Of a DNA stretch of 64,000 bases, positions 49,694 to 57,410 are shown one piece after another; position 1 is the stretch's first letter; each line of letters starts with the position of its first letter. The DNA comes from Smithellaceae bacterium (GTDB taxonomy: Bacteria > Desulfobacterota > Syntrophia > Syntrophales > Smithellaceae). A model generated the notes under the pieces. That model was not told the DNA's origin and made no database searches. It was given only the letters and a program-made list of their open reading frames with translations. The position numbers and the translations under genes were made by a program. Where the stretch lies: NCBI GenBank assembly GCA_963667845.2, contig CAXXVL010000002.1:1152001-1216000 (forward strand), written 5' to 3'.

Positions 49694-50206
49694 CTAATCA
49701 ACTTTTTCGACGGGGAATCCGGCTTCGTCCCAGGCTTTGATGCCGCCGGGGAAACGATAAACGTTTGTGTAACCGAGTTTCCTGGCCCACAGGGCTCCGT
49801 TATGGCTGCGCGTACACTTTACAAAGCCGCAGTAAAAAACAAGTGTGCGGTCCTTGTTTGAGCCCAGGATCTTCAGGAGCGCCGTTTTCGTTTTTTCGTC
49901 AAGCGTGGTCATCTCCGGGATGGGGAACTCCATCTGTACCGCGCCCGGGATATGCTGCTTCTTGTAGCTCGCCTCATAGGGCATGGTGTCTACGATCAGC
50001 ATGTCTTTCTTTTGGTCGATCCAGCCTTTAAACTCCTTGGTGGTCACGACATTGTAGCCGCCCCGGCTTGCTTCCCGTGCAAAGGCAACCGCACTCTGTT
50101 CGGTATCCAGCTCTTTGGTGCCCCAGGCCGCTTGCGCGCTGAAAGAAAAACCGGTCATGATGGCCGCAGCAAAGATAAAGAACACAACATTTTTTATCGT
50201 TTTCAT
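49694..50206 (-). CDS. Exported single-domain rhodanese
   Basis: Signal peptide ending AQA; IVDTMP, HIPGA, active-site FYCGFVKCTRS, GYTNVY..PGGIKAW; AGGAG SD. Confidence 0.9.
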   Translation of the reverse strand: MKTIKNVVFFIFAAAIMTGFSFSAQAAWGTKELDTEQSAVAFAREASRGGYNVVTTKEFKGWIDQKKDMLIVDTMPYEASYKKQHIPGAVQMEFPIPEMTTLDEKTKTALLKILGSNKDRTLVFYCGFVKCTRSHNGALWARKLGYTNVYRFPGGIKAWDEAGFPVEKVD

Positions 50207-50219
50207 AGATTTCTCCTTC

Positions 50220-50774
50220 TCAGTAGTCTTGATTATTTTCTGCTGAACTCTTATTGCATCCGGCCGATGCTTCTTTTGCTGTCTCGCCTGCCACAGAGGA
50301 AGGGTTCGACCGCATCCGGCGGGAAGCGTATAGGTAAGGCAACACGATCCCCACAAGAAAAACGTCGCGCCAAAATGCCCGCGCAAGGCTTGCCCGTTTG
50401 TCCAGATCGTCGGCCCCGAAACATCCGCAGTCCACATTGATATCCAGGGCAATGCCGTAGCCCAGCACAAGAACGAACAGGCTCAGCAGCGATGCGATCG
50501 CGGTCAGACTGCCCCGGATATCCAAGATTAAACCGATGCCCGCTACAGTTTCAATAATCGGCAGGCCGACGGCAATTAAGGGCAGAAGCATTTCCGGTAC
50601 CAGATCGTAACCCGAAATGGTGCGGGCAAAGGCCCGGGGATCGACGAGTTTCATGACCCCGCCATAGATGAACAAAGCGGCAAGCAAGATCCTGACGATC
50701 CTGTAGGGCCAAATCCAGGCAGCTGCTCTAAGCAGAGGCCGCATCGTTTGCCTTATAAAAATCGACATCCCCAT
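50220..50774 (-). CDS. MauE/DoxX family redox-associated membrane protein
   Basis: RILLAALFIYGGVMKL.DP..FA, LP..E...G, INVDCGCFG, RD; start uncertain. Confidence 0.85.
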   Translation of the reverse strand: MGMSIFIRQTMRPLLRAAAWIWPYRIVRILLAALFIYGGVMKLVDPRAFARTISGYDLVPEMLLPLIAVGLPIIETVAGIGLILDIRGSLTAIASLLSLFVLVLGYGIALDINVDCGCFGADDLDKRASLARAFWRDVFLVGIVLPYLYASRRMRSNPSSVAGETAKEASAGCNKSSAENNQDY

Positions 50775-50876
50775 ACTGATTCCAATATTTTGTATCCTCT
50801 GCAGGATAGCGAAAGTATCTCCGCTTTTAACCGGCCTGTGCTGCCCGTTGCAGCAAACCCCCACTGTCGGCAACGG

Positions 50877-51380
50877 TCACCTGTTCAGTCTATTTTGCTC
50901 CCGGAGGATGATGCGCGCTGTTTCCTCGGCTACTTCACCCGTAAAAGCGATGCACTGTTCTATTTGTCGATAAGATCCCATGATCGTGTATCGGGTAAGC
51001 TTTCGGCAGCAGGTCGACTTGTGCCGCTTTTTGAAAATGTCATGCAGTTCCCTCGCGAGTTTCATGGCTTGGGCCACTCTGGCGTCCTTCGGTGCGGTTC
51101 TGCCGAAGACCAGCCCCAGGGCCAAGATGCCGCCCGCCAGTGCGCCGCAGGTGCATCCGGCTCCGCCAAAGCCTACAGGAAAGCCGGAAGCCGCAGCAAT
51201 CACAGCATCCGGCACCGGCAGTTGGAAAGCGTCCTTGATGGTTTTGACGACGGCTTCCGAACAGTAATAATCACCGCTTCGGTAATACTGCTCTGCTGTT
51301 GATTTGATTTTGTCCAAATCGATATTTCCGGATAATGTTTCACATTTCAATACGGAAGCACTTTCCATAATTTGTGCCAT
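50877..51380 (-). CDS. C_GCAxxG_C_C family putative redox protein
   Basis: YCSEAV, GF..G.G..GCTCGALAGG, STCCRKL, QC. Confidence 0.88.
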   Translation of the reverse strand: MAQIMESASVLKCETLSGNIDLDKIKSTAEQYYRSGDYYCSEAVVKTIKDAFQLPVPDAVIAAASGFPVGFGGAGCTCGALAGGILALGLVFGRTAPKDARVAQAMKLARELHDIFKKRHKSTCCRKLTRYTIMGSYRQIEQCIAFTGEVAEETARIILREQNRLNR

Positions 51381-51419
51381 TCCATGGGTTCATTGATATG
51401 AACATTAATTAAAAAAATA

Positions 51420-51656
51420 CTACTCGTGTACCAGAGGCCTGATCGCTTCCATTTCAACTCTGCCGGCCAGTGCAGCTTCGATTTGGTCCTGAAAGGCCGG
51501 TTCAAAGCGCAGACAAATACCGCAGTCCGAACTGATCTGTTTGGGGACGGGAATCAGTTTGTGGGGAAGCCCGCAGGCCTTGAGAATTTTTTCCGCCTTC
51601 AAGGCGTAGCTCACCGACTTGAAAAGAATGACGCAATAGAGTATCTGCTCGTTCAT
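51420..51656 (-). CDS. DUF3343 family protein (putative Se/S carrier)
   Basis: F.SVSYALKAEKILK, LIPVPKQISSDCGICLR; directly follows the yedF-like gene. Confidence 0.85.
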   Translation of the reverse strand: MNEQILYCVILFKSVSYALKAEKILKACGLPHKLIPVPKQISSDCGICLRFEPAFQDQIEAALAGRVEMEAIRPLVHE

Positions 51657-52267
51657 GGCGTCAATAACCGGCCGGCCTTGCTCATCGTTCCGGCAATGTC
51701 GTACATATTGGAGACAGCACCCACGCCTAATTTATCCTTAACCTCGAAGTAATTGAGGCACGTGCCGCAAACAAGGATTTCGACGCCCGCCGCTGCCAGT
51801 TCTTTTAAATCTTCCAGCGTCTCCGAGCCCTGCAGAGTCAGTTTAACGCCCGTATTGTAAAATACCATGACATCCGGTTTTTCCTTTTGCAGGCAGACGG
51901 TATGCAGGAATGCGCGAATCAAAACGGAACCGAGTTCATCGTTGCCTCGTCCCATTTTATCTTCGGCAAAAACAATGACAAAGGGTCCGGAAGGAGACGG
52001 GGAAGCGTCGCACGTCGCGGGAATATCCTTCGCCGGTATTCGAGCCCCCGGCTTTCGTGTTAGAGTTATTTCAAAGATACCGTCCTCTTTGGCTTCGCTT
52101 ATCACATCGCAGCTAAGTTTTGCTCCCAGGCGCCGGACATTTTCCAGTGCCGTATCGTTATCCACGATCACTTTCACCTTGTCATGGCTTTCCATAGCCT
52201 GCTTGGTCAGAATGACCGGTTGCGGGCAGCCAAGGCCCCTGGCATTGACAATTTTAATATCGCTCAT
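51653..52267 (-). CDS. yedF: Selenium metabolism protein YedF-like (TusA/SirA + DsrE-like domains)
   Basis: NARGLGCPQPVILTK, MGRGNDELG..L, FYNTGVKL, CGTCLNYF, G.VSNMYDI. Confidence 0.88.
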   Translation of the reverse strand: MSDIKIVNARGLGCPQPVILTKQAMESHDKVKVIVDNDTALENVRRLGAKLSCDVISEAKEDGIFEITLTRKPGARIPAKDIPATCDASPSPSGPFVIVFAEDKMGRGNDELGSVLIRAFLHTVCLQKEKPDVMVFYNTGVKLTLQGSETLEDLKELAAAGVEILVCGTCLNYFEVKDKLGVGAVSNMYDIAGTMSKAGRLLTP

Positions 52268-52308
52268 TTGATAATCACTTCCGCCTTCATATTCATTTTA
52301 TCGGGTTA

Positions 52309-52338
52309 AACGATATATTATTATCCGGCATATATCAA
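52309..52338 (-). promoter_or_regulatory. Putative sigma70 promoter of yedF cluster, overlapped by inverted repeat
   Basis: Minus strand TTGATA-N17-TATCGT; GATATAT-N11-ATATATC inverted repeat at 52312..52336. Confidence 0.45.
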
Positions 52339-52710
52339 ATCACTTATTGTTATAGTTCACTGAGAATTATTCCCTTTATTCATTGGCAGCTATGCGGGGT
52401 TCAGTGATACGAATATAAGAACAAAACGAACCGGTGGTCTCAACCTGCCATTTTGGCAGCAGGTTACCGCAGGACGTCTGAAAGGGCAGATCGCAAAGGG
52501 AGTTTTAAGGAAGGCCAAACCGGGCAATCGACACCACCTGGGTATGAAAATATCGGCCATTCCCCTTTATTGCGGGAGGATGTATCATTATATTAGTTGT
52601 CGGCGACAACCGGGAATGACTCTGCGGCGTTGCGAGCATCGTTCACCAGGACCCCGGCCATATTGCAAATCGTCGGGGATGGAATGAATCCGAATAGTAA
52701 GGAGCTGCCT

Positions 52711-53040
52711 ATGAACTACTATGAGCCGAAAGATCTGGCCGATTTCCCGAACATTACCGAATGGGCCCGGGAGCAGGGAAATAAATTTTTTGAATATTAC
52801 GACGCGGCCACGGGAGCGGGCCTGCTCACCCAGCGGGAGAAATCTCTCATCGCCCTGGCCGTGGCCATGACTCAGAATTGTCCGTACTGCATTGATGCCC
52901 TTACCACCAGGTGCCTCTCGCTGGGAATCGGAAGTGAGGAAATGATGGAAGCCGCCCATGTCGGCGCGGCCGTGATGGCGGGCGTGACACTCGCGCATAC
53001 GACTCAGATGCGCAAGATCATCAAAAAGAAGGAGATGTGA
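52711..53040 (+). CDS. AhpD/carboxymuconolactone decarboxylase-family protein (arsenosugar-cluster-associated peroxidase-like)
   Basis: AAGGAG SD; YY.PKDL..F, LTQREKSLIALAVA, CPYCIDA, EEMMEAAHV. Confidence 0.88.
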   Translation: MNYYEPKDLADFPNITEWAREQGNKFFEYYDAATGAGLLTQREKSLIALAVAMTQNCPYCIDALTTRCLSLGIGSEEMMEAAHVGAAVMAGVTLAHTTQMRKIIKKKEM

Positions 53041-54053
53041 TGGACGCCGGCGAACAACTGCGCATCCTCGACCGGATCGGCGACATTCCTTCCCTGGAAG
53101 GGACCATCCGGAAGATCAACAGATTTCCGCTCACAGCCAAAGGGATCGACACCCTGCAGATCAATCTCGGCAGGGTCTGCAATCTTTCGTGCCGGCACTG
53201 CCATGTCAATGCCGGACCCCGGCGCACCGAGATGATGATGAGACCGGTTCTGGCGAAGTGTCTGGCGGTGCTCCGTTCGTCCTCTATCGGCACGATCGAT
53301 ATCACGGGAGGCGCACCGGAGATGAACCCGCATCTCGAATGGTTCATTCAGGAAGCGGCTCTGCTTGCCAGACGTTTGATCGTGCGCTCCAACCTGACGC
53401 TCCTCGTTGAGGAACCGTATCGCCGTCTTATGGACGCCTTCGTCCGGGCCAAAGTTGAAATCGTGACGTCGCTTCCGGACTACCAGGAAGCCAGATCAGA
53501 CCGCCAGCGCGGAGAAGGCGTGTTTCGCCGGGTCATTGAGGCGCTTCGCGAACTCAATTCGCTGGGCTACGGCCGGGAAGGCAGCGGCCTGTATGTCAAC
53601 ATTGTTCATAACCCGGTGGGTGCTTATCTGCCGGGTTCGCAGTCGGCTCTCGAACACGAATACCGCGAAAGACTTCGTCATGAGCACGGGGTGTATTTTA
53701 ATGAGCTTTATTGTCTCACCAATCTTCCGGTTGGCCGCTATCTCGATTATCTGATCGACTCCGGAAATTTAGAGGACTATTTCTCTGCGCTCTGGCACTC
53801 CTTCAATCCGGCTGCCGTCGATCACGTGATGTGTTTAACGACGCTTTCCGTGGGGTGGGACGGCTCGCTGTATGATTGCGATTTTAACCAGATGCTGGAG
53901 CTTACCGTAAACCATGGAGCGCCGAAAAGCATCATGGACTTCGACATCGGCAAACTCAAAAACCGGGAAATTGTCATCAATAACCATTGCTACGGATGCG
54001 TCGCGGGAGCCGGATCATCCTGCCGGGGAGCGACAACAGGCGGCCCCGCATGA
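53037..54053 (+). CDS. arsS: Radical SAM protein with Cys-rich C-terminal domain (ArsS-like)
   Basis: LQINLGRVCNLSCRHCHVNAGP, DITGGAPEMNP, QRGEGVF, MC...LSVGWDG.LYDCDFNQML, HCYGCVAGAGSSC.G. Confidence 0.88.
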   Translation: MMDAGEQLRILDRIGDIPSLEGTIRKINRFPLTAKGIDTLQINLGRVCNLSCRHCHVNAGPRRTEMMMRPVLAKCLAVLRSSSIGTIDITGGAPEMNPHLEWFIQEAALLARRLIVRSNLTLLVEEPYRRLMDAFVRAKVEIVTSLPDYQEARSDRQRGEGVFRRVIEALRELNSLGYGREGSGLYVNIVHNPVGAYLPGSQSALEHEYRERLRHEHGVYFNELYCLTNLPVGRYLDYLIDSGNLEDYFSALWHSFNPAAVDHVMCLTTLSVGWDGSLYDCDFNQMLELTVNHGAPKSIMDFDIGKLKNREIVINNHCYGCVAGAGSSCRGATTGGPA

Positions 54054-55489
54054 GCATATCGGTTATCATTCCGGTCTTTCGCGAGACTGCGCGATTAAAC
54101 GATCTTTTGAAGACGATTGCGGCCGGCGCTTACGGTGTGCCGCATGAAGTCATCGTTGTCGACGGGGACCCTTTGGGAGGCACGATCAAGGATATTACGG
54201 ATTCCCGTGTGATCACCCTGATCGCGCGGAAGGGCAGAGCCGGCCAGATGAACGCGGGTGCTCTCCGGGCGTCCGGTGATATCCTGCTTTTTCTGCATGC
54301 CGATACGCGACTGCCGCGCGGCGCGTTCGGGAAAATGATGAAGGTGTTTGACGACGAGGAGGTGGTCGGCGGCGCCTTTAACCTGGGCATTGACGATGAA
54401 CGCCGGATATTCAAAATCATTGGCCGGGCGGCCTCATGGAAGCATCGCCTGACGCGTGTGCCCTACGGCGATCAGGCGATCTTTATGCGGCGAAGCTATT
54501 TTGTGGCTCTGGGCGGCTATCCGGAGATTCCCATTATGGAAGATGTGGAGCTGATGAAGCGCGTAAAGCGCAAAGGCGGGCGCATCGCCATCCTGCCCGA
54601 TGTCGTGGCGACCTCGCCGCGCAAATGGGAAACCGACGGAATCGCTTACACGATCATCAGAAACTGGTTCATCCAGACCCTCTATCTTCTGGGTGTTCCG
54701 GCATGTCGGCTTGTGAAATATTATTATCCGGATGAGGTTGGCTCCGAGATGGCCGGCAGGAACCGGCAGCGCACGGTGAAACGGCTGTGCATCGGTTTCG
54801 CCGCGGTCATGCTGCTCGGCGCTGTTCCTGGTGCGGCCGAGACGGGCCGGCAGGGCTTTCGCGAAGAATTCAAAACGCTGGCCGACTGGAAACCGCTCAC
54901 GTTTCCCAAAATACCCCGCCACAGTACTTACAGCATCCGGATGGAGGGAGATAAAAGCATTCTCGTCGCCCGGGCGGATCGCTCGGCGTCCGGCATTATC
55001 TGCAAGCGGAGTCTGGATATCTATAAAACGCCGATCATTAAATGGAAATGGAAAATCTCCAATACCTACCGGGCGGGCGATGAAAAAAAGAAGTCCGGCG
55101 ACGATTACCCGCTCAGGATCTATGTGGTGTTCAAATATGACCCCGACGGGGCGACTGCGTTTGAGCGGGTCCGGTATACGGCCCTGAAACTCATTTACGG
55201 TGAATACCCTCCGCATAGCAGCCTGTGTTACATCTGGGCGAACAAGAAGTACCCCGAACATATTCTGCCCAATCCCTATACATCAAAGACGCAGATGATC
55301 CTTCTGGAGAAGGGTTCCGACCGTGCCGGCCTCTGGATTGAGGAGCGCGTCAACGCCCTCGCGGATTACCGCAAGGCCTTCGGGGCCGACCCGCCCCGGG
55401 AGGCGGCAGTGGCCATTATGAGCGATGCGGACAACACCGGGGAGAAGGCCACGGGTTATCTGGAATATATCGAGGTATCTTCAATTTGA
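54050..55489 (+). CDS. GT2 glycosyltransferase (TIGR04283-like) fused to a DUF3047-like domain
   Basis: ISVIIP, VVDG, GRAGQMNAGA, LLFLHADT, YGDQAIF, GGYPEIPIMED, TSPRKW; after an internal Met and hydrophobic stretch: W.WK, KSGDDYPLRIYVVF, YIWA, DY.KAFG, IMSDADNTG. Confidence 0.85.
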   Translation: MSISVIIPVFRETARLNDLLKTIAAGAYGVPHEVIVVDGDPLGGTIKDITDSRVITLIARKGRAGQMNAGALRASGDILLFLHADTRLPRGAFGKMMKVFDDEEVVGGAFNLGIDDERRIFKIIGRAASWKHRLTRVPYGDQAIFMRRSYFVALGGYPEIPIMEDVELMKRVKRKGGRIAILPDVVATSPRKWETDGIAYTIIRNWFIQTLYLLGVPACRLVKYYYPDEVGSEMAGRNRQRTVKRLCIGFAAVMLLGAVPGAAETGRQGFREEFKTLADWKPLTFPKIPRHSTYSIRMEGDKSILVARADRSASGIICKRSLDIYKTPIIKWKWKISNTYRAGDEKKKSGDDYPLRIYVVFKYDPDGATAFERVRYTALKLIYGEYPPHSSLCYIWANKKYPEHILPNPYTSKTQMILLEKGSDRAGLWIEERVNALADYRKAFGADPPREAAVAIMSDADNTGEKATGYLEYIEVSSI

Positions 55490-56142
55490 ATCGCGACGCT
55501 TTCGTATTATTTCTGCGATATCCCGAAAAGGGCGCAGTCAAGACGCGTCTGACCGCGGTGTTGGGCGAAGATCGGACTTATGAACTCTATCGCTGTTTTC
55601 TTTCCGACCTGGCCCTGATGGTTCAGGAGGTTGACGCCGAAATGATCATCGCCTATTCGGGACCGGCCGGCGCATCGTTTCCCGAGTTTCCGGGCATCCG
55701 GTGTCTGCGGCAGCGGGGGAGCGATATCGGCGAGAGAATGTATTTTGCTTTTGAAGATGTTTTTGCCGAGGGCTTTGACCGTTTAGTGCTTGCCGGAAGC
55801 GACATCCCCGATCTGCCGTCGGCATTCGTGAATGAAGCCCTGAACCGCCTGGCGGCGGCGGATATTGTTCTGGGACCCAGCACGGACGGCGGTTACTACC
55901 TGATCGGGTGCAACCGGCGCGGCCTCAACCGGACAATCTTTTCCGGCATTCCCTGGAGCACGCCGCGCGTGTTTTCGGAAACGCTCAAAAGGGTGGCCCA
56001 AGCAAAACTTACGGCCGCCCTGCTTCCCGAATGGCGTGATATTGATGATCTCGATGATCTTCAGCAATTTTATGAAAGAAACGCCGACCGGGCGGCATCG
56101 TCGCGGGTGATGGCCTTCCTGAAAGCAAAGGTGTGGGAATGA
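55486..56142 (+). CDS. CofC-like transferase (TIGR04282/DUF2064-like)
   Basis: P..GAVKTRL, Q.G.DIGERM, GSDIPDL, VLGPSTDGGYYLIG, IPWST, DIDDLDDL; TTG start overlapping the upstream stop. Confidence 0.88.
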   Translation: MNRDAFVLFLRYPEKGAVKTRLTAVLGEDRTYELYRCFLSDLALMVQEVDAEMIIAYSGPAGASFPEFPGIRCLRQRGSDIGERMYFAFEDVFAEGFDRLVLAGSDIPDLPSAFVNEALNRLAAADIVLGPSTDGGYYLIGCNRRGLNRTIFSGIPWSTPRVFSETLKRVAQAKLTAALLPEWRDIDDLDDLQQFYERNADRAASSRVMAFLKAKVWE

Positions 56143-56849
56143 GCGCGAACCATAAACGGATCGTAGTCGCTGTAGCTGTTATTGTATTGATTACTGCTGC
56201 TCGCGTGTTCGGCCTGGACGCGTTTCTGACCGTGGAGGCTTTCCGCCTTTATCGCGGCGAGCTCCTGGCCGTCACGGCGGAGCACTATGTGCCGGTCGCG
56301 GCGCTCTTCACCGTTGTCTACATTGTCGTTACGGCGCTGTCCATTCCGGGCGCGGCGATTCTCTCGCTTGCCGCGGGTTTTCTTTTTGGTTTCGCAGGAA
56401 TCATCTATGTCAACATCGGGGCCTCGGGCGGGGCGATTCTTGCCTTTTTGATCGCGCGTTATCTTGTCGGCGATTGGCTGCAAAAACGCTACGGCGGCAG
56501 GCTTGAATCTTTTAATAAGGAAATTATCGAAAACGGATACAATTATCTCCTGACGCTCCGTTTCATTCCGCTCTTTCCGTTTTTTCTCGTCAATATTCTG
56601 GCCGGGCTGACCCGCGTGCCGCTTGTAACTTTTGCCTGGACGACCATCGTGGGCATTCTCCCCGGTTCATTTATCTATATCTATACCGGACGTCAACTGG
56701 GCATCATTGAAAAGCCCGGCGACATTTTTTCCTGGCCGATGATCCTGGCATTCGTCCTGCTCGGGCTGCTGGTTTTGAGTCCTGTGCTGATCAGGAAGGT
56801 AATGAAAAAAAAGATCCCGGAGCCTACGGAAGTCCGGGTGAAGGATTAA
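56139..56849 (+). CDS. TVP38/TMEM64 (VTT/DedA superfamily) membrane protein
   Basis: TALSIPGA..LSLAAGFLFG, FLIARY, LRFIPLFPFFLVN, T..GILPG. Confidence 0.92.
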   Translation: MSANHKRIVVAVAVIVLITAARVFGLDAFLTVEAFRLYRGELLAVTAEHYVPVAALFTVVYIVVTALSIPGAAILSLAAGFLFGFAGIIYVNIGASGGAILAFLIARYLVGDWLQKRYGGRLESFNKEIIENGYNYLLTLRFIPLFPFFLVNILAGLTRVPLVTFAWTTIVGILPGSFIYIYTGRQLGIIEKPGDIFSWPMILAFVLLGLLVLSPVLIRKVMKKKIPEPTEVRVKD

Positions 56850-56860
56850 AGGAGGTCGTC

Positions 56861-57301
56861 ATGATAAGCGTGCGGTTATTCCTGCCTGTGTTTTTTCTTC
56901 TGGGTGGTTTGTGCTTCGCCCAAAACACTTCTTCCGGATCTGCCGGAAGCGGTCTTAAACCTTGCCCGAAAAGTCCCAATTGCGTCTCTTCCGAGGCCCG
57001 CGATCCGGAACACGCCATTTTGCCGCTCGTCTATCCGGGGAGCCCCGAAGAAGCCAGGGCTCGACTGCGCCGGGTATTGGCCGCAATGCCGCGGATGACC
57101 ATTGTCGCGGATGAGGGCGATTATATCCACGCCGAAGCCAGATCGTTGATTTTCCGCTTCGTTGACGATGTCGATTTTTACTTTCCGGCCGGTGAGAATG
57201 TGATTCAGGTGCGTTCGGCCTCGCGCGTCGGCTATTCTGATCTGGGCGTCAACCGGAAACGTGTGGAAGAGATCCGCCGGCGATTTGGGGAGCTGAAATA
57301 G
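56861..57301 (+). CDS. DUF1499 family exported protein
   Basis: Signal peptide; LKPCPKSPNCVSS, YIHAE..S..F.FVDD, VRSASRVGYSDLGVNRKRVE. Confidence 0.9.
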   Translation: MISVRLFLPVFFLLGGLCFAQNTSSGSAGSGLKPCPKSPNCVSSEARDPEHAILPLVYPGSPEEARARLRRVLAAMPRMTIVADEGDYIHAEARSLIFRFVDDVDFYFPAGENVIQVRSASRVGYSDLGVNRKRVEEIRRRFGELK

Positions 57302-57410
57302 TGCTGGGCTGAGGTGTGCCGTTTGGCAAAAAAACGGAACTCAGGGAGACTTGATTATTTTGACGCGTGAACGGTCGGAAGCTTTGCCGGAAGGACAAAG
57401 TCAGGCGCCT

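Noticed and set aside
52460..52560. GTCT-GAAA-GGGC...CGCAAAG, loosely like a c-di-GMP-I riboswitch
   Set aside because: Lacks the GGCAAAC lead-in and a convincing second stem; an Infernal search would be needed.
49694..54053. Possible selenocysteine (in-frame TGA) in the selenium-associated genes
   Set aside because: The catalytic-looking positions checked are Cys codons and the ORFs look complete without read-through.
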